Shown here one piece after another: positions 36,700 through 46,145 of a stretch of 64,000 bases of DNA. This DNA comes from an uncultured Polyangiaceae bacterium (GTDB taxonomy: Bacteria; Desulfobacterota; Binatia; UTPRO1): the NCBI GenBank assembly GCA_964631985.1, contig CAZWAX010000001.1, positions 943-64,942 on the forward strand, given 5' to 3'. Every line of letters starts with the position of its first letter. Position 1 is the first letter of the stretch. The notes below the pieces were generated by a model. It did not search any database, had not been told where the DNA came from, and saw only the letters and a program-made list of their open reading frames with translations. The position numbers and the translations under genes are program-made.

Positions 36700-37946
36700 C
36701 ACTCGTTGCCAGACGCCAACCAGCCGGATCTGAACCGTCTGGTGAAGCGAATATCGAACATGCGCTCCATCTGCCGCAGCCAAGGACCCTGGAGCGGGTG
36801 AAGATAGTCCCTCGGTTCCATCAGCGCCCCGACAGGTGCGAAGGCATATGTGAAGTCGCGCCAGGCGTCGGTCAGCTGCGGGCCCGCAGGCGCCCCCCCG
36901 CGCGGAAGCGTCTCGTCGCCAGGGGAGAAGGCGTACTCGAAGGGTTCGCACCAGGACGCTTCAAGGTAGCGCTCTCCCGTCACATAGTCGTCGGGCGAGG
37001 CGATAACCTTCTGGCGCATCTCCCGCGCCGCCGCTGAAAACTCACCCACGACATTGCTGTAGATGTTGGCGAGATCCTGGTGGTCCTTGCCATAGAGGGC
37101 GATGACCCTCTCCAGGGCGTGGACGGCATCCTTCGCGAAGTAGTCTCCGAAGAGGTTGAGATTCTCCTCGACACTCGTCCACGAGCCTTCGACGGCGCGT
37201 TCCATCGCGGCGAGCAACTCCCCAGGCTTCTTTTCCAGCATGCTGCCCATCATTGTGGCGAACGTGTCGTCGTGCGTCCGATCCGGCGCGGGCAAGTTCG
37301 GATTGCTAAGGCAGAGCTGGATGAAGATGTTGAAGAGTGTCGCCAGCCGGAAGCGCTCGGCCGCTCTGACGCGCGCAAGAAGTATCCGGAGACAGTTGAG
37401 CGGCGTCCCGTACCGAGGGTCTCGCGCGAAGTCTGCGACCAACAGATCGAAGGCCCGACCCTTCAGATCTCGCAACGCGATTGTGAGCTGCATGAGGGTA
37501 GCCGATGCTTCGAAGACGAAACGGGCGGCCCTGGAATACCACAGGTACTGGCGTTCGAACCCGTTGTGCAGATCGAGCATCTCCTGGGTTACGCCAATCG
37601 TCTCTGTCCCAAGGGGAAGCGGCAGATGTCGCCCCCGATTGCGGCCGAGCCTTTTGGCGAGCAGCAGCGTGATCGCGCTTCGTCCGAGGGCCGAGCCGAA
37701 GAGGTGATTTCCGACGGGGGTCAGAAGAACGTCGTGAAAGTGGCGTCGTTCATGGACCCTGGTCGTCATCCGGTGCGCCAGATCGGCCTGTTCCGCGTCG
37801 GAAAGATGCGCCGCCGCGGCGAACGTTTCCGCGGGTGGTTGTCCGGTGGCAAGGAGTAGATCGACGTCCTCCGACGCCTTCCGGTTCAACAACACTGCGA
37901 GCGAGGGGACGTGAAGAAGGCCGTAGCGCTTGTTGCAGAAGTCCAA
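36699..37946 (-). CDS. Hypothetical 415-aa alpha-helical protein; third gene of the STAND-linked operon
   Basis: Long ORF whose only in-frame start near the 5' end is TTG at 37946, 15 nt after the upstream stop. The start is uncertain and no domain is recognised. Confidence 0.5.
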   Translation of the reverse strand: MDFCNKRYGLLHVPSLAVLLNRKASEDVDLLLATGQPPAETFAAAAHLSDAEQADLAHRMTTRVHERRHFHDVLLTPVGNHLFGSALGRSAITLLLAKRLGRNRGRHLPLPLGTETIGVTQEMLDLHNGFERQYLWYSRAARFVFEASATLMQLTIALRDLKGRAFDLLVADFARDPRYGTPLNCLRILLARVRAAERFRLATLFNIFIQLCLSNPNLPAPDRTHDDTFATMMGSMLEKKPGELLAAMERAVEGSWTSVEENLNLFGDYFAKDAVHALERVIALYGKDHQDLANIYSNVVGEFSAAAREMRQKVIASPDDYVTGERYLEASWCEPFEYAFSPGDETLPRGGAPAGPQLTDAWRDFTYAFAPVGALMEPRDYLHPLQGPWLRQMERMFDIRFTRRFRSGWLASGNE

Positions 37947-37961
37947 AGCTTCGGGTCCGCG

Positions 37962-38303
37962 CTACTTGGTGACGGCGATCCGTATGCGCTGCTCGATGCT
38001 CGCTGCGTCCGAGGACTGATCGATCGCGATGATCACATCGTCGGCGCCGCGCACGACGACCGACACGGACTGCTGCGGCGACGCGTCGCGCGCGGCGAGC
38101 AGACGCCGGGCGATCCCGGCGAGGCAGGCCGCGAAATGCTGAGCGCCCACGGCGATGGTGACGACGTCGGCGAGCTGCTCCAGATAGGAGTCGAGGATTG
38201 TGTCAGTTGCGTTGTCCAACGTCCGGCGCGATCCGTCCTCCGTATCGTAGGCCAAATCCTTCGCGAGTTTGGGCGGCGCGACGATCTCGAAGACGATGTC
38301 CAT
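37962..38303 (-). CDS. Small 113-aa hypothetical protein (possible Roadblock/LC7-like or STAS-like fold); second gene of the STAND-linked operon
   Basis: ATG at 38303 lies 85 nt downstream of the STAND gene. ...SVSVVVRGADDVIIAIDQSSD... is the only weak fold hint. Confidence 0.45.
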   Translation of the reverse strand: MDIVFEIVAPPKLAKDLAYDTEDGSRRTLDNATDTILDSYLEQLADVVTIAVGAQHFAACLAGIARRLLAARDASPQQSVSVVVRGADDVIIAIDQSSDAASIEQRIRIAVTK

Positions 38304-38388
38304 CGTGTCCCCATCTCATAGGAGTTCGATCCGAGGTTCAACTGGCGGCGGCATGGAGCCGACGGATATTGCTTCGGGAAGGAGTGCC

Positions 38389-41300
38389 TCAAAGACTCCC
38401 AGCGTCAGGATCGGGCGTCATGATAGGCCACGGTCGACCGGAGGCAAGATCGGGATGGCGCGGCCCGGCTTCCGGTGAGCCGTACTCATCCCAGATCCGG
38501 TCTACTTGGTTCAGGCAACGCGCGGCTGCGTCCAACGCCCCACCGTCTGTCGTCAGTGCAAGAAGTTTCTCGCGAAGTTCAACGGCAGGGACGGGAACAA
38601 TCGTGAACGCCCCCTTCAAATTCTCGGAAGGTACATGCTGGGTGACCACGCGCCCGATCGCCCGCCGCGAGATGAGAGAGCGCCAACCTCCCTCAAAGCT
38701 GAGTAGAAGTAGTACGCCTTCGGCATCGGGATTCTCCACGACGGCCTCGGCGAGCATTGCTAGGCCCGGCGTTGATGCGCCGTTGCTGAGGAACCCATAG
38801 ACGTGGGCACGCAGCGCAGGATGTGCGTCGAATAACTCGCCGATGTGGCCGGCCATGTGCCAGCGATCGAGGTTCCCGTCCGCAAAGGAACCGCCTGCAG
38901 CCAAGTCCACAAAGCGGCGCGCGGCGGAGAGGGTTCTCCGGCGCGTGACGGCGTCGCGCCACACGTGACTGTCATAGAAGGCGGGACAGGCTTCAGCAAA
39001 AGCAAAGAGCGCGTTTTCAGCGTCAACACCAGGTGCTTCGCCGAAGGCACGGATCATTTCCTCCAAACGATCGGGCCTTCGTTGCTCCTCCGGCAGGGTC
39101 TGAACAACAGTGAGCGCCTCAGCTGGAAAATTCGTGAACGGCAGTAGTCGCAGCCATTCACTGACTTCGTAGCCATCACTCAGGATCCAGCTTTGGGTTC
39201 TGCCAGCCTCCATGACCTCAGCGAGGCCTGTCTTCACGACGCCGATGTCGACGATGTGACCGGACAGCACTTGGTTCAGAAGTAGTGCGGCCCGTAAGCG
39301 GCGTGGTGCGATGGCGATCAGACTTTGAACCGTCGCATCACGCTGGCCATGCGGCAGCCGCGATGCCACGACGCCAAGCGCGAGGCCGAGCTTTTTCCGC
39401 TCTTCCGGCACGCCGTCGGCGATCAGTGGCTCAAGCGCTGCGAAGATTGTCTCCGCTTCCACCGAAGTCGCTGAAGGATTGGCGGCGCGAGCGGCTCTTT
39501 TCTCTTCCACGCGTGAGAAATCCGGACCGCCGAAAACCCGCCTGCTGTTCGGCGGATCGTTCGCCTTCTGCCATCTGGCCGCGAGGACGTGCGCGGCAGC
39601 TTCGCCGAAATGGTCGTCGATAAGATACTCTCGCATCAAAGCGGCTGTCTCCGGAGCGTCGATGGACAGGAACGCGTGCTGGTACTCATTCGTATGCGGT
39701 GTGATGGCTTCGGTCGCGGCTTCGCTGTGGGCTCGCCCACCGGCTGCTTGCGCTTCGGCACGGAAGGCGCGATAGTGGCGGAGGTTGTCGTCCAGCAAGC
39801 GCCTCAACAATGGCAGCAGCGCGATAGAGGGGGCCTGGCTTGCTAGCGTTGCGATGCTAGCCGTCTGCCAGCGCTTCGCGGTACCGGAAGCCAGCATGCG
39901 GTCGCCCCACTCCTGGGCGATTGCCTGAATAGTCGCACGTGAATCAGCGTCGAACGGTCTGCCGTGATCGCCCTCCCCACTTGGATGACGCGAGAGAAGC
40001 CCTGCCAAGCGCGCCATTTGGTCGTTATCGGCTTGCAGAGAGCGGGCATGGATGGCGGCAACGAGACTGGCGCCGCGGGCATGCGCGAGCCGACGCAAAA
40101 GGGTGTGGTAGCGGTCACTTGCGGCTTGGTCGTATGTACCGTCCACATTCAGCCGCGCCCGTGCTTCGTTCAGTGCCTCGATCATGCGGCCGACGGCCAA
40201 CGGTCCGAGCGCGGAAGCCGCGGCTTCTCCGCGGTCATGCGGCCGGGTGGCGTCCATCAGCGCAAGTTCCAGTAGTGCGTCGTCTTCGAGACTGAAACAG
40301 GCTGCAGCGAGAATATCATCGGCTCCGTAGAATAAGGTTCGCCCGGTGCGCACGCGGGTGAGGAGGCCGCTCGCGACAGCACGGGGATAACGCTGGCGCG
40401 CTTCGTAGACGAGATGAACCGCCGCGTCCCGCCCCTCGGTTTCCATCGACCCGATGAAGTCGGCCAGCTCTAAAGCCCGGTCTTCGGCAAAATCCGAGTA
40501 CACGATCGAGTGAAGCCGGTCGTAATCCGAAACTCCTGTCGCGATCTCCCGCTCGCGCGCAGCGGCGAGGCGCTCCTTGACGCGCTCGTCGGGAACGTTG
40601 TGGACGAACCTGTTGCGCGCAACCAGGTCGATGGTCTCGTCGCCAGCGTACCGCAGCACGTCGGCGACGTGTCGATCCGCGCCCCGAAAAGCCAGCGCCT
40701 CAACCGTCGAGACTTGAACTTCAGTCGCGGGATCATCGCTTGCGATAGCGGTCGCGAGATCGAGACCGTCGATGCCGCTGTTGGATGCCATCTCGTGCAG
40801 CAGGACGGTCCGCACCTTGGCCGACAGCCCACAGATCCTCGTCACGGCATCACTCCCGAGGATTGACGGTCGGAACCGGCTGCAGTTGCGCAGCGCCTTG
40901 AGACTCGTCTGATCGTCCTCGTGCGTGATGAGCGGCCAGACCGCGTCAAGGAACTCAGGGCGTCCCGACGCGAGCATAAAACGCAATGCGCGATCCACCT
41001 TGCCCGGCGTATGCCAGCGAGCGACGAGCCCCCGGATTGTTGGGGCGATGGGCGCCCACACTTCCTCCGTCGCCCTGAAGATCATCTCGGCCGCGAGAAT
41101 GGGATCGACTTCGAACGCCGAGAGAATGGCCTTGCCGCACACGGCCTGCTGGTGCGCATCGCTGCGCGCCATACGTTCCACCGCGAAGAGAATGGCTTCT
41201 TCCCATATGGGAAGGTTGAATACTTCAGCCTTCAGCGCCTCGCGGCTCCTCGGATCATCGGCCGCCGCGGTAGTCCGGCGCTCTACGGAGTGAGAGGCAT

Positions 41301-42729
41301 ACCACTCCTGAAACTGCTGGTGCTGGAAAGAGTAGCCCAGCGTGCCGCCCGTGCGGATCAGAACATGATTGCTGGCGAGCACGTCCAGCACGTCGTCCGG
41401 CTGGGACGGGATAGTGATCTGCCCGTCCCCGATCAGCGTTGCCTGGGTTTGAGAGACGGTCCGCCGGGCGTTCGTGTCGGCGATAGACGTGTTCTGTGTC
41501 CGCGTGGCGAACACGGCGAGACACTCCAGATGATCCTGCTGGAAACCATGCACAACGTCGCGCAGCGTCTCGGCGCGACGGGCATCAGTTTCGTGCACAG
41601 TCACGAAGTGCCGCAGGAGTTCCTCCTTGGTCGTTGGGAAGGGCGCGCCTTCAGGAAGGGAGAGCAGTGCGGTGAGATAGAGTGGGATCGTTACGAGCTC
41701 GCGGACACCAGGCGTGCGCCAAGCCTGATCGACGATCCTCAGGCCTGCTTCGCCGCGCATCGCGGCGGCGATCTGCGTTTGCTGCTTTTGGTTGAGCGGC
41801 AGGAGATCGACGCGCATCCCGACGAAAGGAACGTCGAGGGCGTGCTTGCGGGTCGAGACGATGAAGCCGAGCTCAGGTAGCTCCGCCATCAGGCGATCGA
41901 CCTGTACGCGCGCTCGCGTCCGCCCGTCCGGACTCAATTCGTTCCAGCCGTCGAGCAGCAGGACAACACCGGGTTTGGCGGCGACTGCACGGAAGTCGTC
42001 TTCCGATATGGCCTGGAACCCCTGACGAGTGAGGATGGACCCTAGCAGTGACAACGTTTGCGTGGCCCAATCGGCGAGCGGGATGATGATGGGCGTGCCT
42101 CCGGCGTCGGCGATGAGGGCTTGGGCGATCTGGAATAGTGTCGTCGTCTTTCCTGTGCCGGGTCCGGCGACGAGGATTAGATCGTCGAGCGACGTGACGA
42201 CGCGCGCGAGCGCGGTTGTCGTCGCAGGCTGACCAAAGCCTTCTACCTCCAGCGTGAGCGCTACGGCACTGGATGGCCATTTGGTTGTGCGGCGGAAAAC
42301 AGAGAGATCCGCCTCAGCAGCGGCGCGAAGACGATCCGCCGGTTGCCCGACGGCAATAGGCAGAGGCCCACGGGACGCTTCGTTCTGCAACACGCGGCGT
42401 CGAGCGTCGTCTTCCGCTAGCTTCTTCCATTCGCGTAGACGCTCGATGGTGAATTCTGGATCCTTATCGTCGATAGCCTTGCCGTGATTGCGACACATCC
42501 AGATGCCGTTGCTTGCGGAACGGCGTTCCGCGGATGACATGTTTGCGTCACCGCGGGGGCTGCGGTCGGATTCCACGGCGCCGATGATGTGCGCCGCCGT
42601 GCCGAGATTGATTTCACCGCCGACGGTCAGCGCACGACAAGATGGATAGGAGCAAAGCCAGCCCGCGCGCTTAGCGATCTGGGTCTTTATCCGGTCTGTG
42701 AACTCGTCTCTGTTTCTGTTTCCTGGCAT
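38389..42729 (-). CDS. STAND-class NTPase: N-terminal HNH-like nuclease motif, NACHT NTPase module and long C-terminal HEAT/ARM-like repeats (antiviral-STAND/Avs-like architecture)
   Basis: HNH-like segment: C-x2-C (CSYPSC)...AAHII...N-x4-C-x2-H (NGIWMCRNH). Walker A: LILVAGPGTGKTTTL. NACHT-type Walker B: VVLLLDGWNEL. Roughly 900 aa of helical repeats follow. Confidence 0.8.
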   Translation of the reverse strand: MPGNRNRDEFTDRIKTQIAKRAGWLCSYPSCRALTVGGEINLGTAAHIIGAVESDRSPRGDANMSSAERRSASNGIWMCRNHGKAIDDKDPEFTIERLREWKKLAEDDARRRVLQNEASRGPLPIAVGQPADRLRAAAEADLSVFRRTTKWPSSAVALTLEVEGFGQPATTTALARVVTSLDDLILVAGPGTGKTTTLFQIAQALIADAGGTPIIIPLADWATQTLSLLGSILTRQGFQAISEDDFRAVAAKPGVVLLLDGWNELSPDGRTRARVQVDRLMAELPELGFIVSTRKHALDVPFVGMRVDLLPLNQKQQTQIAAAMRGEAGLRIVDQAWRTPGVRELVTIPLYLTALLSLPEGAPFPTTKEELLRHFVTVHETDARRAETLRDVVHGFQQDHLECLAVFATRTQNTSIADTNARRTVSQTQATLIGDGQITIPSQPDDVLDVLASNHVLIRTGGTLGYSFQHQQFQEWYASHSVERRTTAAADDPRSREALKAEVFNLPIWEEAILFAVERMARSDAHQQAVCGKAILSAFEVDPILAAEMIFRATEEVWAPIAPTIRGLVARWHTPGKVDRALRFMLASGRPEFLDAVWPLITHEDDQTSLKALRNCSRFRPSILGSDAVTRICGLSAKVRTVLLHEMASNSGIDGLDLATAIASDDPATEVQVSTVEALAFRGADRHVADVLRYAGDETIDLVARNRFVHNVPDERVKERLAAAREREIATGVSDYDRLHSIVYSDFAEDRALELADFIGSMETEGRDAAVHLVYEARQRYPRAVASGLLTRVRTGRTLFYGADDILAAACFSLEDDALLELALMDATRPHDRGEAAASALGPLAVGRMIEALNEARARLNVDGTYDQAASDRYHTLLRRLAHARGASLVAAIHARSLQADNDQMARLAGLLSRHPSGEGDHGRPFDADSRATIQAIAQEWGDRMLASGTAKRWQTASIATLASQAPSIALLPLLRRLLDDNLRHYRAFRAEAQAAGGRAHSEAATEAITPHTNEYQHAFLSIDAPETAALMREYLIDDHFGEAAAHVLAARWQKANDPPNSRRVFGGPDFSRVEEKRAARAANPSATSVEAETIFAALEPLIADGVPEERKKLGLALGVVASRLPHGQRDATVQSLIAIAPRRLRAALLLNQVLSGHIVDIGVVKTGLAEVMEAGRTQSWILSDGYEVSEWLRLLPFTNFPAEALTVVQTLPEEQRRPDRLEEMIRAFGEAPGVDAENALFAFAEACPAFYDSHVWRDAVTRRRTLSAARRFVDLAAGGSFADGNLDRWHMAGHIGELFDAHPALRAHVYGFLSNGASTPGLAMLAEAVVENPDAEGVLLLLSFEGGWRSLISRRAIGRVVTQHVPSENLKGAFTIVPVPAVELREKLLALTTDGGALDAAARCLNQVDRIWDEYGSPEAGPRHPDLASGRPWPIMTPDPDAGSL

Positions 42730-42870
42730 CGGGCAGCGCGCTACTCAAAGGTTCGCCCGGCGACCCGGGCGGGGGCGACTATACCAGTTCGGGATGTAGG
42801 CTCGAATGGAGAGCTTCACACGCTTCGAACTTCTCGATTGATCTACAGGGTGATCAGGCAAACGCGATGA

Positions 42871-43059
42871 CGGTACCGCCTGGCCTATCACCGCATGAAG
42901 GCCACCGAGGAGGCGCCGCATCAGCTACTGGTCGTGGGCGTTCGCTACGGGGACAAACTGTCGCGCGACGAGGGTCGGTGGCGCATCACCGACCGGATCG
43001 TTCACATGGACTGGCAGAGCCGGCACCCGGTGGCGGTTCCGGCGCTGTGCAGAGACTGA
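42871..43059 (+). pseudogene. C-terminal fragment of an NTF2-like/SnoaL-like protein
   Basis: ...HQLLVVGVRYGDKLSRDEGRWRITDRIVHMDWQ has the characteristic SnoaL/DUF4440 C-terminus. An in-frame stop lies immediately upstream, so no N-terminal half exists. Confidence 0.4.
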
Positions 43060-43147
43060 GCGACGTCGCGACGCAACCAAGCGTGGGGACGTTGCTCCCG
43101 TGGGATCGATGCTGCCGCGCGCCTTCATGGGGCTCTCCCTGTCCGCT

Positions 43148-43208
43148 GCCATCAACGGTCGACGAGTTCGCCTGCCGATACGGGGCCGGCGAGGGACGTT
43201 GTGGAATC
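43148..43208 (+). repeat. Direct repeat copy A (about 60 nt), downstream of the 701-aa gene
   Basis: GCCATCAACGGTCGACGAGTTCGCCTGCC...CGAGGGACGTTGTGGAATC. The first 29 nt match copy B at 26 of 29. Confidence 0.5.
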
Positions 43209-43323
43209 ACGACCGGTGGATCTGCGCATGCGAGCGCTCGCCTCTGTTGCGTGGTTCTGACCGGCGACAGCCTCCGGGCTCCGCTCACTCTAGAGTTGTC
43301 TAGAAGTCACGCCCTCGCCGCGA

Positions 43324-45429
43324 CTAACCTTCTTCTGCGCACGACGGACGTGGCGTAAGATAGACCGCAACAGGTGACCACTTGGTGATGATCTGCGTGC
43401 AGTCATCGTCCAAGACTTTCGAGCACGGGCACCCCCGATACGGCGTCGTGCACAGCGAACACTCACTGTCGTCGACGATCATAGCTACCGCAGGAACCAC
43501 GCATCCGGCTCGCGCGGCTTCGGCAGGGTAGGTCTTGTCGTCGGGGTCGGGTAGGTACTCGACGAGGACGTTCTTCCCGACGACCTTGAGATCGTACAAC
43601 CCACGTTCGAGCTCGAGGCGGTCTATCTCAAGGACTCTGTTAAGGGTCAGGCACTCGAGTGCATCCGGTCTCGGCTCATCCGAGTCGCCATCGCCAACGA
43701 GCTTCTTGAGGGCGTCGCCCAATCGCACGGGATCGCCGAGCAGCGGGGCTACGACTGTAGACCACTGAGGCAAGAACTCGGCCACGTCGTCGAGGTGTCC
43801 GCACACGGAAACAATCAAAGCCGAGCAGCCAATGGGATAGGCGATCGAAAATCCGATCAAGCGATCTGACCGGCGCACATACCGCCGGACGAGTTCCTGC
43901 AGAGCCTCTATGGTCGTCGCTACCGCGGAGACCTCTGGATGCCATACCGTTCCGAAGTTCACGTCCAGATCCTCGATCTTTACCAGCAGGACGTCAGCGT
44001 TCAACTCGATCCGCATCTCGTGACGCGCGACCGCCTTTACGAGTTCCAACGACTCCGCCTCCACGAATGGACCTCCGCCATCGCCGATCTCCAATTTGCG
44101 GGCTGGCAAGATGTGCAAGCGGTCGCGCGCGAGAATCCGCTCGAGTGGAAGGAAACTCATGCCTGCTCGTATTCCTCCCCCCCGCGCAATGCGGAACGAG
44201 GCCGGAGAATCCTTACTCGGGGCATCACCAGCTTCTGGCGCTGGGATGGGGCCGAACTGCGCGGCCGGTGGTGCGCCCAGATATTCGCCGACGAGATGGT
44301 TGTCGCGGAAGTAATCGGAGAGCAGACGTTTCCAGAGCGCGACAGGGATGTCTCCGTCGACGCGCCACAGCTTCAGATAGTCTGGCGCGCGGTTCGCCTT
44401 CGAGAGGTCTTTGCCTCGTCGATCTGTGAGGCCGTCCTCATCGTAGATCCGCACTGCCCCATCGAAGTGATCGAGGTTGCCGTTCGGTGCGACAATCGAA
44501 TGTGCGTACCGACACGCGTATCGGACTCCATCCACTCCGAACGTCGAGGCCGCGCGGACTTCCTCCACGGCGAAGATCCGCTCTCCATCGCGGTCGCCCC
44601 ATCGGAAGTCTGTGAATTCAATTCCGCTGTAGAAGCGTTCGGCGTCGGTCGCCCGGTGTTGCGACACCCCGGCGGGAATGGTCGACAGGTCGTCGTTGAA
44701 CTCAGGACCCCACCAATACTGTTGTTCCATGATCGGCCTGTAGCTCTCGGCGAGGCCAACCATGTCGGGATCAAGAGCGACACGTGGACGAAGAGCAGCG
44801 GGCACGCCCGCGAGTGCGGAGAGAAAAGGGGCATTCAGGGAGTTAACTGGCACACCGCTCCGGCGAAGATCGCGGTGGGCGAAAAGGGCTAGGGGTCCGT
44901 GTCTGTATACCCCCGGACCAATGACGTCCACCTTGCTCAGATCGATGAGTCCGTCGCCGTCCAACTCCTTGAAGACCGCGGCGGCCACCCTCGTCGCAAT
45001 CCCGATATTGAACACGGCCACGCATTCCGCGACCAACAGCTGTAGGTCCCCACTAAGGCCGGCAGCGAGGAGCTTCAGCAGGGTCGCAAATTCGTCCTGC
45101 CGGGCGACGATCTTCTTCCCGCGAAACTCGGTCAATGCACCGCCGAGGTTTGCCCGCTCCTCAGGCGAATCAGCGACAAGCATCTGAGCGGTGAGACGAC
45201 AGACGCTCGGCGCAAAAAACACCGCCGTGGGATATGTCCAGCCGAATGGCCGACTCATATCGTGAGAGACGAGGCCCGGAATCCCCGCCTCCCAGTTCTC
45301 CTGCAGCGCCTGCACCAGCGCACCGGGAGAGAATCGCGTGTTCGCCCGCGTAAGTTGGTCGGTGGCGAGGGTCGCGATCAACTTCATGGCAGCCGAGGTC
45401 ATACCAGACGGGCGCGAACGATTCCGCAT
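43324..45429 (-). CDS. Hypothetical 701-aa protein with a C-terminal Cys cluster (SECSLCTTPYRGCPCS), flanked by direct repeats
   Basis: Uninterrupted ORF in the A/T-richer island. No recognised domain. The start is uncertain because no SD precedes any of three N-terminal ATGs. Confidence 0.5.
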   Translation of the reverse strand: MRNRSRPSGMTSAAMKLIATLATDQLTRANTRFSPGALVQALQENWEAGIPGLVSHDMSRPFGWTYPTAVFFAPSVCRLTAQMLVADSPEERANLGGALTEFRGKKIVARQDEFATLLKLLAAGLSGDLQLLVAECVAVFNIGIATRVAAAVFKELDGDGLIDLSKVDVIGPGVYRHGPLALFAHRDLRRSGVPVNSLNAPFLSALAGVPAALRPRVALDPDMVGLAESYRPIMEQQYWWGPEFNDDLSTIPAGVSQHRATDAERFYSGIEFTDFRWGDRDGERIFAVEEVRAASTFGVDGVRYACRYAHSIVAPNGNLDHFDGAVRIYDEDGLTDRRGKDLSKANRAPDYLKLWRVDGDIPVALWKRLLSDYFRDNHLVGEYLGAPPAAQFGPIPAPEAGDAPSKDSPASFRIARGGGIRAGMSFLPLERILARDRLHILPARKLEIGDGGGPFVEAESLELVKAVARHEMRIELNADVLLVKIEDLDVNFGTVWHPEVSAVATTIEALQELVRRYVRRSDRLIGFSIAYPIGCSALIVSVCGHLDDVAEFLPQWSTVVAPLLGDPVRLGDALKKLVGDGDSDEPRPDALECLTLNRVLEIDRLELERGLYDLKVVGKNVLVEYLPDPDDKTYPAEAARAGCVVPAVAMIVDDSECSLCTTPYRGCPCSKVLDDDCTQIITKWSPVAVYLTPRPSCAEEG

Positions 45430-45713
45430 GCGCGCGGCAACGGTAGAGAAGCCTCCAGCGCCGGACGTGATCTTGGCTGGCTGCGAGGCAGCTCACCTGT
45501 CCTGTCGTTCCGATCCTCCAACTTCCGGATGCCAGATGGGACCGCCACAACGGATGAGACACCAGCTAGGGAGTTCGAACGCGGTACTGAGGTCGCAGCC
45601 GACCCCAGCACCTCGAAAACGGTTGCCTTGACGCAGAGGTGGGCCAACGACGTTTCGAGATCGCCGGGTTGGCCTTCCGCGAAGAGGTCCTAGAGGCTCG
45701 TTTCGTGTGCAAG

Positions 45714-45773
45714 GCCATCAACGGTTGACGGTTTCGCCTGCCTCCAAGGGTTCTCGAGGGACATTGCGGGATC
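45714..45773 (+). repeat. Direct repeat copy B (about 60 nt), upstream of the 701-aa gene
   Basis: GCCATCAACGGTTGACGGTTTCGCCTGCC...CGAGGGACATTGCGGGATC. Same orientation as copy A. Confidence 0.5.
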
Positions 45774-45854
45774 TTGGTGAGACGCGGCCACCGCGATCAT
45801 GTGCGCGATTTCCCTGGTCGTGCACGCTTCTTCGACAGGGCGGTGCTAGCTGCG

Positions 45855-45886
45855 TGAGTGGGTTCAAATCCCGGCGGGTTTGCACC
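45855..45886 (+). tRNA. tRNA-derived 3' fragment (T-arm GGGTTCAAATCCC plus acceptor-like tail); not a complete tRNA gene. Possible attachment-site remnant at the island boundary
   Basis: GTGGGTTCAAATCCCGGCGGGTTTGCACC. No D-arm or anticodon-arm partner sequence can be found upstream. Confidence 0.4.
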
Positions 45887-46145
45887 CTATTATTCCCGCA
45901 ATTCCCAATCCTTGTGAACGTAAAGTGGGCTGCGTAGCCCGCGGGATTGCCGGGGGTTTCCTCATCCGCGAACGATCTTCAGCATCGGCTGGTAGCGCCT
46001 TGCGGCTTCTTCTGGAAGCTCATCGAAGGTGGGGGCCCGACTAGCGTGACGCTCGCATCATTGCTGCTCTCCGGGTTGTCAGGTCAGAAGTGTTTCTTCG
46101 CTCGCCTGCCCACCGATCCTCGTAAGGAGAGACTCGCCGTAGCGG

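Noticed and set aside
45800-45886. Possibility of a complete tRNA gene ending at 45886
   Set aside because: No acceptor-stem complement, D-arm or anticodon arm can be formed from the 75 nt upstream of the T-arm. Treated as a 3' fragment only.
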